Positions 38,368 to 48,969 are shown, counted from the stretch's first letter. The stretch is DNA of 64,000 nucleotides from Vulcanimicrobiota bacterium (GCA_050250895.1 JBFWNU010000002.1:823659-887658), one strand, 5' to 3'. Made by a program: numbers and translations. Notes: generated from the sequence alone by a model not told the origin.

Positions 38368-38867
38368 TCTTCCTCTTCGGGCATCTCGAACGAGTTTATC
38401 TCGTCCCAACGTTTGCCCTCTTTGTTCTTGATGGTCTGGTCGGTGACCTTGGCCAGCTGCACCAGCACTGCACTCTGGTCCTCGCTCATGCGGCGAAGGA
38501 TGAGGAAGTTGGGATTCTCCTGAGCCATGTACTCATTGAGCAGAGTCGGCGAGACGGCGTAGTGTAGGGGAGTGTTGCCCAGGTTGTCGACCGCGTTCGG
38601 ATCGGCGCCCTCTTTGAGCAGCAGCATCGTCATCATGGGGTTGCAGTAGTCGGCGGCGATATGAAGTGGGGTTCTTCCCTGGCTATCGCGATAGTTGGCC
38701 AGTTCGGGATTCTCTTTGAGCGCTGACTGGGCCCGGATGGTAGCGTCTTCGGTGTGGGCGCTGATGAGCTTGGTGAAGCTCGCGCCGCTCGAGCAACCTA
38801 CTAGCAGCAAGAGCATGATAACTGTTGGTAGAACTGCTCCTTCTGTGCTTTTTTGCTTGGTGGACAT
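38364..38867 (-). CDS. Ankyrin-repeat lipoprotein
   Basis: LLVGC; GRTPLHIAA, GADPNAVDNLGNTPLHYAV. Confidence 0.85.
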   Translation of the reverse strand: MSTKQKSTEGAVLPTVIMLLLLVGCSSGASFTKLISAHTEDATIRAQSALKENPELANYRDSQGRTPLHIAADYCNPMMTMLLLKEGADPNAVDNLGNTPLHYAVSPTLLNEYMAQENPNFLILRRMSEDQSAVLVQLAKVTDQTIKNKEGKRWDEINSFEMPEEEE

Positions 38868-38980
38868 GACTAGGATTCTATCATATGCAACACCATGCGG
38901 CCAGGTATTTGGATGGGATTTTTGGCGCGATGGGCCGGCACCCGTCGAGGCCCGCCCGGGCGAGCCAGGCGTTGCTCAGC

Positions 38981-41293
38981 CTACTCGAACTCCAGGCTCA
39001 GCTTACCGGGGGTGAAGGGCAGACGGGCCTCGAGGGTGCGAGTGGCGGGGTTATAGGTCGAGGGCACCGACTGGCCGTTCAGGCGCAGGGTCGACCGGTC
39101 CAGGTCGTGCCAGGTCAGGGTCAGCTCGCGAATCTGGCTGACCCGCGGCCCGGGCTGGCTGGTGATGGTCAGGGCCTGGCCCTGGACAAAGTGGATCTCT
39201 TCGGTGGGAGCGTCGATGGTCAGGCTGTCGTCGAGGATCAGGTCGGCCTCGCCCCGGCCACGCACCACCGAGAGCTGAAGGCTGGTGAGCGGGGTCTGGT
39301 CGACCCACTGGGTGGGTGGGCGGCGGCAGACGATCGAGCCGGCCCGCTGATAGAGGGGCAGCCGCTCGAGGGGCACTTCGGTGAGGATATCCCCCGCCAC
39401 GAGCTGGTTGGCGTCGAGGTCCCACCAGCCGCCCGGAGGCAGGTGGACCTTGCGAAAGCGCTGGGCATCGGCTACCACCGGGGCCACCAGCAGGGCCGGC
39501 CCGACCAGAAATTCGTCCTCCACCTGATAGGCCAGCTCGTCGTCAGGGAACTCGAGCCAGAGCGGGCGCAGGATGGGAGTGCCCGTGCGGTGGGCATGGT
39601 GCAATTGGCTGTAGAGATAGGGCATCAGCGCATAGCGCCGTTCGATGACGGCGCGGCTGATGTCCTCGACTTGCTCGCCCAGCGACCACGGCTCCTGGTC
39701 GGGGGTGTCGCGGGTGCTGTGGGTGCGCATGAACGGCATCATCGAACCCACCTGGATCCAGCGAATGTAGAGCTCGGGCGTTGGACGGCCGATGAAGCCG
39801 CCAATGTCGGGCCCCACGAAGGGAACACCCGACACGCCCAGGCCGATAGCCATGCGGATCGAGAGGGCCAGGTCGTCGAAGGTGGCCGAGTTGTCGCCGG
39901 TCCAGATGGCGGCGTACTTTTGCATGCCGGCATAAGAGGCGCGGCTCACGATAAAAGGCCGCAGCTTGGGATCGGCGGCCACCAGGCCTTCATAGGTCGC
40001 TCGAGCCATGAGATAGCCATACAGGTTGTGCAAGCGCTTGATGCCTTCGACCACGAACGGCATCTCGCGACCCCACAGGGCCGGCTCGTTCATGTCGTTC
40101 CAGAAGCCGGCCACGCCGCGGGCGCGGTGGTCGGCGTCGAGCCTGCCCCACCAGGCCCGGGTGGCCGGTTTGCGAAAGTCGGGAAAGTAGCACCAGCCCG
40201 GCCAGACCTGACCGCGAAAGGGTTTGCCGTCGAGATACTTGAGAAAATGGTCGCCGGCCAGGCCCGTGTCGTGCACGGCGTAGCCGGGTTCTACCTTGAC
40301 TCCGGGGTCGATGATGGTGACCACCTTGAAGCCCTGGCTCTTGAGTTCTTGTAACAGAGCCTCGGGAGCGGGAAAACGCTCGGCGTCCCAGGTGAAGACC
40401 TTGTAGGCGTCCATGAAGTGGATGTCGAGATAGAGGACGTCCGCGGGGATTTTGCGCTGGCGATAGTTGCGGGCCACATCGCGGATCTCGTAGTCGGGAT
40501 AGTAGCTCCAGCGGCACTGCTGATTGCCCAGGGCCCACTTGGGCGGCATGGCCATGCGTCCGGTCAGGCGGGTGTAAGAGTCAAGGATCCGCTTAGCGTC
40601 GGCACCTAGAAAGACATAATAATCGAGGCTTCCCCCCGCGGCGCCGAAGGAGAAGAGCCGATCATTACCGGCTCCTAGATTGAACGTCGAACGATAGGGA
40701 TTGTCGAAGAAGATCCCATAGGTCATGCGGTGGTGGCGGCCCAAAAAGAAGGGGATGGTGCCATAAATGGGGTCGGTTTCGTTGGTGTAGCCGGGAATGT
40801 CCGAGTTCCACATCGTCCAGAAACGCCCGGCCTTGTTGATCGGACCCGTCTTTTCGCCCAGGCCGAAGAACTGCTCTTTGGGCCAGAGCTTCTTCCAGGT
40901 GCGGATTTCCTTGCCGTCCCAGCCGTGGCCGAACGACTCGTCGTCGAGCAAGACCAGCGAGCCGTCGGAGCGCAAGAAGGACAGGCGCACCGGGTTCTTC
41001 TTGACCACTACCAGGGCATAACCACAATCGATGCTCAGGGCTTCGGGCCGGTCTTCGACCTTGAAGGTCGCCGGGGGCAACGGCTGCAGCACCGTTTCGG
41101 AGGGTTCAGCGTCAGGTCCGAGTTGCACGCGGATGACCTCGCCCTGATGAAAGGTTAGCGTCAGCGGGCGGTTCGAGGTGGTGATCTCGAGGCGGTTGTC
41201 GACCATCCGGTGAGAGCGATAATCACCCAGGAATTCGTAGTCGTCGGCCAGGGCCGGGGCAAGTAACAGCAGCAGCAGGAGTAGGCGTTTCAC
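38981..41293 (-). CDS. Secreted glycoside hydrolase family 31 (alpha-glucosidase type)
   Basis: Signal peptide; GFWNDMNEP nucleophile, WTGDN, GPDIGGF. Confidence 0.93.
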   Translation of the reverse strand: MKRLLLLLLLLAPALADDYEFLGDYRSHRMVDNRLEITTSNRPLTLTFHQGEVIRVQLGPDAEPSETVLQPLPPATFKVEDRPEALSIDCGYALVVVKKNPVRLSFLRSDGSLVLLDDESFGHGWDGKEIRTWKKLWPKEQFFGLGEKTGPINKAGRFWTMWNSDIPGYTNETDPIYGTIPFFLGRHHRMTYGIFFDNPYRSTFNLGAGNDRLFSFGAAGGSLDYYVFLGADAKRILDSYTRLTGRMAMPPKWALGNQQCRWSYYPDYEIRDVARNYRQRKIPADVLYLDIHFMDAYKVFTWDAERFPAPEALLQELKSQGFKVVTIIDPGVKVEPGYAVHDTGLAGDHFLKYLDGKPFRGQVWPGWCYFPDFRKPATRAWWGRLDADHRARGVAGFWNDMNEPALWGREMPFVVEGIKRLHNLYGYLMARATYEGLVAADPKLRPFIVSRASYAGMQKYAAIWTGDNSATFDDLALSIRMAIGLGVSGVPFVGPDIGGFIGRPTPELYIRWIQVGSMMPFMRTHSTRDTPDQEPWSLGEQVEDISRAVIERRYALMPYLYSQLHHAHRTGTPILRPLWLEFPDDELAYQVEDEFLVGPALLVAPVVADAQRFRKVHLPPGGWWDLDANQLVAGDILTEVPLERLPLYQRAGSIVCRRPPTQWVDQTPLTSLQLSVVRGRGEADLILDDSLTIDAPTEEIHFVQGQALTITSQPGPRVSQIRELTLTWHDLDRSTLRLNGQSVPSTYNPATRTLEARLPFTPGKLSLEFE

Positions 41294-41434
41294 CTCGGTC
41301 CCTTCGCGAAAGAGCGCGAACTCCTGTTGTCACAAACTTTTAACATTCCCTGGGAACCCTGGTTGGAACTCGGGCCATTGTGGCAGTCACAGGTCAGCCA
41401 CGACGGCTTCAATAGAATCACCAGGAGGTCCACT

Positions 41435-42457
41435 ATGAGAATCGCCGACATCCCCCGACTCCAATCGGTCTTTCAAACCCGCGCCGCTCGCACCGAGCCC
41501 ACCGGCAAGGTCGAAACCGAGCAGCAGCCCACGGAACGAGTGACCCTCAAGGGCCGCAGTGGCGAGTTTGCGCCTTTGCGCTCGCTGTCCGGCAAGAGTC
41601 TATTGGCGATGGCCAGCCAGACCGCTTTGCAGGCGGCCTCGGTGGCGGGTCTGCCGGCCGCCGTGACCAGCGCCTTCGCCCCGGCCGAGTTCCTGATGCT
41701 CAACTCGGGCGACTATCACAACGCTCAGCATCCGGTCAACGTGGGAGAGACGGTCAAGACCATCGCCGGCAACGCCGGTCGCTCGCCGGAGCGGGTCGAT
41801 TTTCTGGGCCAGGTCTCTCTCATCCACGACGCCGACGAGCGCATCCTGATGGATGGCCAGGGTGGCTACAGCTACAAAGAAGGCGCCGCTCCGGCCCGGG
41901 TGCCGGTGACGCTGGCCTGGATGGACCTCAACCAGGACGCCCTGCAAGACCGATTCGGCTGGAACGGCGGCCAGTTCGACGAAGCCAAAGCCTTGATCGC
42001 CGGCACCGAGCATCCTCTCAACGACAGGGTGGGTCCCAACCGCACCTACAACCTGCCGGAGTTTGACGGCAAGAGTTCTCAGGCCGTGCTGGCCGAGCAA
42101 CTTGCCGGCTTGCCCGAAGAGCGGCGGGCAGCCGTGCTCGAAGAGATCCAGATGCTGCGCTTTGCTGACCAGTCGGCCGAGTATCTCAACGGCAACGATC
42201 AGGCTCGCCAGGCCGTGGTGGGCCTCTCGAGCGAGATCGGCGTGCCGGCCGAGGCCCTGCTCAAGGGCACTCCGTCTTTCGTTGGCGGCCTGGGTCAGGA
42301 CAATGAAGCCTTCGGCGACCTGCCCATCGCCACCAGCCGCAACCTGGCCGCGGAGTTCAAGCTACAGGCTCACATCTATGAACCGGCCGAACTCCACGGC
42401 CTGCTCTCGCAACCTCAGCGAGCCGCTCTGGATGGGGTCAAGCTGGGTCTGGAATAG
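41435..42457 (+). CDS. Hypothetical protein
   Basis: AGGAGG RBS before ATG 41435; low-complexity N-terminus, then a globular-looking region. Confidence 0.7.
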   Translation: MRIADIPRLQSVFQTRAARTEPTGKVETEQQPTERVTLKGRSGEFAPLRSLSGKSLLAMASQTALQAASVAGLPAAVTSAFAPAEFLMLNSGDYHNAQHPVNVGETVKTIAGNAGRSPERVDFLGQVSLIHDADERILMDGQGGYSYKEGAAPARVPVTLAWMDLNQDALQDRFGWNGGQFDEAKALIAGTEHPLNDRVGPNRTYNLPEFDGKSSQAVLAEQLAGLPEERRAAVLEEIQMLRFADQSAEYLNGNDQARQAVVGLSSEIGVPAEALLKGTPSFVGGLGQDNEAFGDLPIATSRNLAAEFKLQAHIYEPAELHGLLSQPQRAALDGVKLGLE

Positions 42458-45400
42458 AGTTCTACGATGCGCTCGTCGGCCTCATCGGCGAGGTGGTGCT
42501 CCTGGATAAAAGCGCTGGCCCGGCGCACGGCCTCGAGATTGACGGTCTGGCTGAACTCTTCGAAGCTTTCGAAGCTTCGACCGGTGTTGCGCAGGCCCGC
42601 CCACATCGAGCGCATGACGTCGGTGAAGAAGCTGTCGACGTTGGCCAGAAACTCTTCGCGAGCCATGCCGGGGTGGCGCTTTTTGAACTCTTCCGAGTCA
42701 AAGTGCTGGAGTAGTTCCAGGCGCATCTTGCCCATCAAGACCACGAAGGCGTCTTTCTTGAGGGTCCCGGCCGAGCGCCCGAAGCAGTGCAGCAGCCCGT
42801 CTTTTTCGAACTCCTGCAACTGCGTCTCGCACTGGGCGGCCGAGGCCCGGTTGTCGTAGAGTGACTGGCGGGCATGGAACAGGCTGCCCTTGAGGGTGGT
42901 GGCGTCGCGCGAGTGAAAGGCCAGGCCCAACTCGGCGAAAACGTTTACGATACTACCGTACTGCAGCCTCAGGCTGGCTTCGAGGTCGGTTTCGACGGCC
43001 GTGCGGGCGGTCTGGAAATACCATTGGTGCTTGGGCTCGGGGCTGAAGCAGTCGCTGACCAGGCTGCATAGCACCGCGGCGGCGCTGCGCTCGATGCCCT
43101 GGCCGTCGTGCATCAGGTGATCGGGGGTCGAAAGAGTGATGTCGAAACGCCCCGACACCTTGGCGCTGGCCTTGATATCGGCGTGGGTGAAGCCCTTCTG
43201 CAGGCGTTCGATGGCCGCCTTTTTCAGCTTGTCGGGGTCGGCCTTCAGCTGGTCGTAGTTGGGCAGCCGCTCGAGCAGATGGGGATTCATCTTGAGGATG
43301 CTCTCGTAGAGGTTGTCGAAAAAGGCCGTTTCAGGCGAGTCGAGCAAGCGCTCGATCTGCTGCTTGCTGGTCGATTTCGAGGCGATGAAGCTCAGGGTCA
43401 GGTCGGTTCCGTTTTCGGTCTGGTTGCGCGAACCGCGGATGTCGCAGGCCGACATCTCGACCCCGAAGTCGATGCCGCCCACCTTGATCTCCAGACCGCT
43501 CTTGTCGCTGACGGTATCGATGACGGTGTCTTCACGCTGGCCGCGAGGCAGCCAGGGCACCGGGTAAGAGACGCGGGTCTGACTCTCGTTGTGCTCCTGG
43601 GTGAGCTTGACCACGCCGCCGAGATCGAGCTCGCCTTCGAGCAAGACACCGTCCGAGAGAAAGCAGACAGGCTGGTCATAGCTGGGGTCCTCGTCGGTCA
43701 GCTGCAGCTTGTGCATGATCGACTGGATGAACTTGGCCGCTTCATCTTCATTGGCGAAGACGTAGCTGACCTTGGAGTATTTCGAGGCCTTGCCCTTGAT
43801 GCCGCTCTTGAGGGCGTCGCTATCGACCCCGGCGCCGGCCCCGATACGGGCGTCAAAGGAGACGGCCACCCCGCCTGACTCGGTCTTCTTGACCTCGATG
43901 ATACCTTTGCCCTCGACAAAGGCCTCGGCGTGAAGAAAGAAGGGGATGTCGACGGCTACACCGACCTCGGCGCTGACCGACAGGCGCATCTCGTCGCTGG
44001 GCGAGTCGATGGCCGCGTTGATCAAGCTGCGAATAGCCCGAAACGACATGCCGTCCTTGAGGGTCAGAGCCTCACGCAGCTGGGCTTCTTTCTCGGCTTT
44101 GGTCAGGTCGGTCCGGGCCATGACCTTTTTGGCCTCGAGGATTTGGCGGGCCGCTTCGAGTTCGCCGGCGGGTCCCCGGAATTGGCGATTCGCATCGATC
44201 GATGCGGGCAGCCCGTCGCGGTCCCGCCCGGCCTGGGCCAGCAGTTTGTCGAGCTCCTGCACCTGGGAGCGCAAGCCCCTGAGGTCGGTGGCCACCGTCT
44301 GGCGACCACGCCGCCCCGCCTGCTCTACCGTCACCCCGATGTTGACCAGCCTTTGCAGGTCGGACTCGGCCGGCTCGCGGCGCAGGGCCCCAAGCTCCTG
44401 GTCGTCCCACACGCCTTGCTTGAGGCGAGCCATGCGCTCGATGGCGGTGCCGCGGTATTGAGGGTCTTTGACGATGCGTTCGAGGATGCTATGGCGCGAG
44501 CCATAGGCGCTGTCGCCGCGCTCGCCGCGCAGGCGGTCCACCAGCGAGCACTTGCCTTCGCTGTCGACCAGCAAGGCTTGGGCCTGACCGTGACGGACCA
44601 GAAAATCGGCCATCACCAGCCCCTCGTCGGTATCCTGGTCGTAGGGGTCGAACAGGCCGCGCACCTCGCGTCCGGCCCGGTCTTGCAGGCGGCGCAGGGC
44701 CAGTTGGGTGAAGCCGTCGAGGAGATCGGCGGGGCTGCCGGCCCCGACCACCACCTTCTCGAGGTTCTTGGTGTCAAGCGAAGGAATGACCTCGAGCATA
44801 GCCTTGACATCGGCCGGTTGCAGACCGTCGCCGGCCAGGGCCAGCAGGCGATCGATGGCCCCGCGATTGTCGTCGCTGTAGGCTTTGCCAGCCAGCATCA
44901 GAAGGTTATCGAACTCTGCTGGCGACAACTTGTGTGCCTTGGCATAGGCGGCCAACTGGTCGAACCGGTCGCCCAGTTTTCGCGCCGCTTCGAAGCGGCC
45001 CAGCAGGCCCTCAGTAGCCCACTCGCGCCGCCGGCACTGGTCCAGATGCTGCTCGCGCACTTCGGGCCATTTTCGATCGCGGATGGCGTCGTCGAGGTCC
45101 CAGCGATTGTGCTGGTAGGCGCGGTTGATACCTTGCCGATGATAGTCCGAGCCGACCCGGTCGCCCAGGGGACGGTCGCGCCACTCGGTGCGGGGCAGGT
45201 CGCCCAGCAGCTCGACCAGCGCCTGGCGTCGCTCTGGCGAGAGGGCTTTGGCCGAGACCACGAAGTCGCGCACGTAAGACGAGTCCCAATCGCGATAGTT
45301 GGGGCTCCACAGCCGGCCCGTGTTGGACTCTGGAATATAGCTGCCGGCGGGCAGGCCGGCCACCTGGCGCACCAGTTCATTGAAGATGCGACGGATGCCG

Positions 45401-47079
45401 TCACTATCGGCGGACTGGTCGCGGCGGGCGTCGCTGTAGGCGTCCGACAGGTCGCGCAGCTGGGCTTCGCTGGCCTCGTCGAGTTGCTCGGGCAGGCTGG
45501 GCAGAGCGGCTTCGCACTTTTTGATGGTGGCATAGAGAGTTTTGAAGTCCTCGGTGGAGGCGCCGTAGCGCAGGCGGTTGGCCCCTTTGAGCAGGGCGGT
45601 CGAGGGGGTGAGTTTGGCCAGGGCTTCGGCCCACTCGGAGTCGACGGGGATCTTGTGGTTGCGCGGCACCTCACTGAGGCTATCGAGCACCCGGCGAGCC
45701 ACCGCCGCCGCCACCGGTTGGTCGGCATGCTTTGCGGCCAGCAGCAGCAAGCTGCGGCTGCCGGCCATGGCGGCGTCGGCGTAGCGACCGATGCCGTCTT
45801 CCTTCAGGCCGCGCTTGTCGGCCCAGGTGACGCGCTGGGCGATGGCGGTGGCCACCTTGCCGCTGGCATCGGGCCGGCTCAGCAAAGGCTCGAGAAAGCC
45901 GATGTCCTGGGTTTTTTCGTAGGCGTCGAGGGCAAAGCCGACCAGCCGGTGAGGCTCGACCTCGAGCTGATGGAGCTGGGCCAGAGCCGTCTTGTAGGTG
46001 GCCGGGCTGACCCGGTCGCCGCTCAAGCTGTCGAGCAGCCGCCAGGCCTTTTCCTGGTCGTTGGCCGGCTGGCTTGCATCGGCCGGTCCGCCGGGAACGA
46101 AGTGCCCATGCACGTCACGACCTCGGGTCTGGTCGCGCAGGTCCTCCTGTTGGTGCCGATGGAGGCTGGGATAGAGTTCGCGCACCAGGTGCAGCAGGCG
46201 TTCGCGAGCCGGGCCGCGGGCCTGGGCCAGAGCCAGGCCGATAGTTTCACAGTCGAGTTCGGCCACATAACGTGGGTCGTCTTTGTGCTTTGTGACGAGC
46301 TCGGTCAGCAGGTCGGCCCAGCGCTCGCCGCCAAAGTTGGGGTCGATCTTTTGCAAAGCCCGGCCGGCGTTGCTCAGATAGTCGAGGTCTTTGGGCTCGA
46401 GTCCCTCGAGGCGCTCACGGATCATCGAAGTGAGCACGGCCTTTTGCTGGTCATCAAACCGGGTGGGACCGGCTTCGCGCCGGCTGCGGTCGAGCACCGA
46501 CTCGATGTCGAACAGGCTCAGTTTGGGGTCCTGCAGGTCTTCGGTGATCACCTCCGGGTCGTCGCGGCGCAGATAGCGGCGGTATCCGTCGAGTCCCTTT
46601 TCGAGAATGGCGGCATGTTGGTCGACATCGTCGGTCTGACGAAGGGCGTCGTTGGTGTCCACCGCCAGCCGAGCCAGGCGACTGTCGAAGCCCGTGCTGC
46701 CCATGCCGGGGGTATGGACGCGCCGCTCGATCAGCGCGAAGGCCTGGCGCAGCAGGCGCGCTCGGGTGGCCGGGTTGTTAACCGTGCCGGGGGTTACCAG
46801 GTCGTTGAGCAGTCCGTTGACCAACTCGACCTTGACCTGATCGGGCAGTCCTTCGAGGAAGTCAAACTGGCCTTCGAGCAACAGCTCTCGCGCCCCGGGG
46901 GGCACCAGCACCGGCAGCTGCAGCTGGCGTAGCCTGGTGATATCCTGGCCGGCCTGACCGGCGTAGCCAGGTGGGGGAGGGGTGGCCGGAGCCCAGCCCG
47001 TGTTCGGGTCTTGGGGGCGAGTGAGGGTAGGGGTGGGATAGTTGGGATTCAAGGGTGTGGGTGAGATTGAGCTGGCCAT
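42415..47079 (-). CDS. Large (1554 aa) hypothetical protein; helical body, beta-rich C-terminal part
   Basis: Uninterrupted ORF with genome-typical codon use; no family recognised. Confidence 0.8.
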   Translation of the reverse strand: MASSISPTPLNPNYPTPTLTRPQDPNTGWAPATPPPPGYAGQAGQDITRLRQLQLPVLVPPGARELLLEGQFDFLEGLPDQVKVELVNGLLNDLVTPGTVNNPATRARLLRQAFALIERRVHTPGMGSTGFDSRLARLAVDTNDALRQTDDVDQHAAILEKGLDGYRRYLRRDDPEVITEDLQDPKLSLFDIESVLDRSRREAGPTRFDDQQKAVLTSMIRERLEGLEPKDLDYLSNAGRALQKIDPNFGGERWADLLTELVTKHKDDPRYVAELDCETIGLALAQARGPARERLLHLVRELYPSLHRHQQEDLRDQTRGRDVHGHFVPGGPADASQPANDQEKAWRLLDSLSGDRVSPATYKTALAQLHQLEVEPHRLVGFALDAYEKTQDIGFLEPLLSRPDASGKVATAIAQRVTWADKRGLKEDGIGRYADAAMAGSRSLLLLAAKHADQPVAAAVARRVLDSLSEVPRNHKIPVDSEWAEALAKLTPSTALLKGANRLRYGASTEDFKTLYATIKKCEAALPSLPEQLDEASEAQLRDLSDAYSDARRDQSADSDGIRRIFNELVRQVAGLPAGSYIPESNTGRLWSPNYRDWDSSYVRDFVVSAKALSPERRQALVELLGDLPRTEWRDRPLGDRVGSDYHRQGINRAYQHNRWDLDDAIRDRKWPEVREQHLDQCRRREWATEGLLGRFEAARKLGDRFDQLAAYAKAHKLSPAEFDNLLMLAGKAYSDDNRGAIDRLLALAGDGLQPADVKAMLEVIPSLDTKNLEKVVVGAGSPADLLDGFTQLALRRLQDRAGREVRGLFDPYDQDTDEGLVMADFLVRHGQAQALLVDSEGKCSLVDRLRGERGDSAYGSRHSILERIVKDPQYRGTAIERMARLKQGVWDDQELGALRREPAESDLQRLVNIGVTVEQAGRRGRQTVATDLRGLRSQVQELDKLLAQAGRDRDGLPASIDANRQFRGPAGELEAARQILEAKKVMARTDLTKAEKEAQLREALTLKDGMSFRAIRSLINAAIDSPSDEMRLSVSAEVGVAVDIPFFLHAEAFVEGKGIIEVKKTESGGVAVSFDARIGAGAGVDSDALKSGIKGKASKYSKVSYVFANEDEAAKFIQSIMHKLQLTDEDPSYDQPVCFLSDGVLLEGELDLGGVVKLTQEHNESQTRVSYPVPWLPRGQREDTVIDTVSDKSGLEIKVGGIDFGVEMSACDIRGSRNQTENGTDLTLSFIASKSTSKQQIERLLDSPETAFFDNLYESILKMNPHLLERLPNYDQLKADPDKLKKAAIERLQKGFTHADIKASAKVSGRFDITLSTPDHLMHDGQGIERSAAAVLCSLVSDCFSPEPKHQWYFQTARTAVETDLEASLRLQYGSIVNVFAELGLAFHSRDATTLKGSLFHARQSLYDNRASAAQCETQLQEFEKDGLLHCFGRSAGTLKKDAFVVLMGKMRLELLQHFDSEEFKKRHPGMAREEFLANVDSFFTDVMRSMWAGLRNTGRSFESFEEFSQTVNLEAVRRASAFIQEHHLADEADERIVELYSRPSLTPSRAAR

Positions 47080-47347
47080 ACTTTCATTGTCGTGCCCAGG
47101 CTAGCTACCAACAAGTGGGGCATCCATTACGATTCTGTTTCTCGCGTTAACTTTTTCCTCCAAGTTGTTTCCTTTTGGGTTTTCGAGTCTTTAAAGATGG
47201 AATTCTCGTGTTTTAACAGGCACTTCGAGGTGTCTGTGTCGCGCAGAAAGCTGTTACATTGTTTACTCTGAGTTCATAAGTTTTACCGAATCGACACCTG
47301 TCATCGCCGGGCCCTTTCCTTAGTCTTAAGGAGAGAGGTAGTGAGCA

Positions 47348-48556
47348 ATGGCAGCAGCACCCGTGGGCAAGGCAGCCCCCAAGAAACCCCCGACCCCGGT
47401 CCGTAACCCCCGGAGGGCGGCGCCGGCGGCCAGAGCTGGTAAGCCCCAGAAGCCGCAAACGCAAGCCGGCCCCGCGGCCAGGACCCCCGCCGCCGAGGCC
47501 AAAGAGAAGCCTTCAGGCTCGGGCCAGACCCTCTTCGGACGCATCAAGGATTGGTGGAGCGGTGGCTCTTCATCCGAACCGGCCAAGTCCGGTCAAGCCG
47601 GCAAAGCCGACCAGCCCGGCAAAGCAGACCAGCCCGGCAAAGCCGAGCAGCCCGGCAAGGTCGACCCCTCCGGTAATGCGGACGCGCCCGGCCAGAGCGA
47701 GCGGCCTGCCAAGGCCGAGCAACCCAAGCTTGAACTCGACCAGGGCCAGACCCTGCGCAGTGGCGACGAGGGTCCGAAAATCAAGCAACTGCAAGAGATC
47801 CTCAATCGCGGCGGAGCCAAGCTCGACCCCGATGGCAAGTTCGGAAGGGACACCCGCGACGCCCTCGAGAAATTCCAGCGGGATCACAAGCTCGAGAGTG
47901 TCGATGGAGTGGTCGGTCCCAACACCCTGGCCAGGCTCAACGAGGTGGGAGCGACCGCGCACGGTCAACCGGCCAAAGAGAGCGAACCCGTCAAGCCCGT
48001 TGACAAGCCGGGTCGCCAGGGCGATCTGGGCAGCGCCGTGCGCGATGGGCGAGCCGGCAAGAAGACCGACCTGGGCAACCTGCGGACCCTGGCCGACGCC
48101 CGTAGGACCGACCAGGGTCTCTATTTTCGGGCTGGGGCCGCCATCGATACCGACGGTTCGGGGCCGTCCCACGGCGACCGGTACCATCAGAGCAAGACCT
48201 CTTTGAAGACTCGCGACAAGGGATATGTCAACGCCGACAAGACCCCCTATTTCGTGTTGCCGCCTCAGGTGGCTCGTCAGGTCGGAGCCCGACCCGGCGA
48301 TCTGGGCCTCATCAAGCGAGGCGACAAGACCATTCCGGCGGTGTTTGCCGATGTGGGCCCGCCCAACAAGATCGGAGAGATTTCTTATAACGCGGCCCAG
48401 CAGCTCGGCGTCAATCCGAACCCCAATACCGGTGGCACCCAGCGCCCCGAGGTGGAATACATGGTTTTTCCCGGCTCGGGCACGCGCAATCCTCGGGCCG
48501 CCGACCTGACTCCCGAAGCCCTCGACGCCCGGGTGCGCCAACTGCTCGGCCGGTGA
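47348..48556 (+). CDS. PG_binding_1 domain plus GH75 (fungal-type chitosanase-like) domain
   Basis: LRSGDEGPKIKQLQ..DGKFG..FQRDHKL..DGVVGPNT; AIDTDGSG, NADKTPYFVLP, AVFADVGPPNKIGEIS, YMVFPGS; GK(A/V)(D/E)QP linker repeats. Confidence 0.8.
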   Translation: MAAAPVGKAAPKKPPTPVRNPRRAAPAARAGKPQKPQTQAGPAARTPAAEAKEKPSGSGQTLFGRIKDWWSGGSSSEPAKSGQAGKADQPGKADQPGKAEQPGKVDPSGNADAPGQSERPAKAEQPKLELDQGQTLRSGDEGPKIKQLQEILNRGGAKLDPDGKFGRDTRDALEKFQRDHKLESVDGVVGPNTLARLNEVGATAHGQPAKESEPVKPVDKPGRQGDLGSAVRDGRAGKKTDLGNLRTLADARRTDQGLYFRAGAAIDTDGSGPSHGDRYHQSKTSLKTRDKGYVNADKTPYFVLPPQVARQVGARPGDLGLIKRGDKTIPAVFADVGPPNKIGEISYNAAQQLGVNPNPNTGGTQRPEVEYMVFPGSGTRNPRAADLTPEALDARVRQLLGR

Positions 48557-48712
48557 CGGATGCGCGGGGGTTGAAAACCGCCGAGACGCAAAGGTTCGGA
48601 GGGGGCGGTGGTTTTCGGAGGCTCGGCTCTCGGTCGTGCTTTTTGGTTAGCGGACCGAAACTGGGACTGGGACGTAGGGGGCTACTGCCGTGCGGCCCTG
48701 ATGTCGTCTCAG

Positions 48713-48744
48713 AAACAAAAAAGGAAGCCCGCCGGAGCGGGCTT
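48713..48744 (-). terminator. Rho-independent terminator
   Basis: AAGCCCGC-TCCG-GCGGGCTT followed by CCTTTTTTGTTT on the minus strand. Confidence 0.75.
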
Positions 48745-48777
48745 GATGAGCGGGTACAGGTTACAGAGTCCAGGAGA

Positions 48778-48969
48778 TTACAGGGTCGGATAGCGATTGC
48801 AGTAGGCGTGGCGCACGAGCGGCCAACCGCTGGACCAGTCCTCGTCATGCGGAGGCTGGTCGCGACTGGCGCGCTCGCCACGCCTGAAGTCCTTCGATTC
48901 TTGACAGCCAGCCTGGCTGGAGAGTTGGGCGCCACCCGCGCCCGTTTCGGCTCGCTGTCGAGTTTCCAT
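48778..48969 (-). CDS. Small hypothetical protein (63 aa), probably leaderless
   Basis: TATTCT 6 nt before the ATG; terminator about 35 nt after the stop. Confidence 0.4.
   Translation of the reverse strand: METRQRAETGAGGAQLSSQAGCQESKDFRRGERASRDQPPHDEDWSSGWPLVRHAYCNRYPTL

Noticed and set aside
43930-46932. 1000-aa plus-strand ORF (also 28299-30740 minus 813 aa, 38885-40354 plus, and similar)
   Set aside because: These are antisense shadows of real GC-rich genes. They have no motifs of their own and overlap better-supported CDSs.
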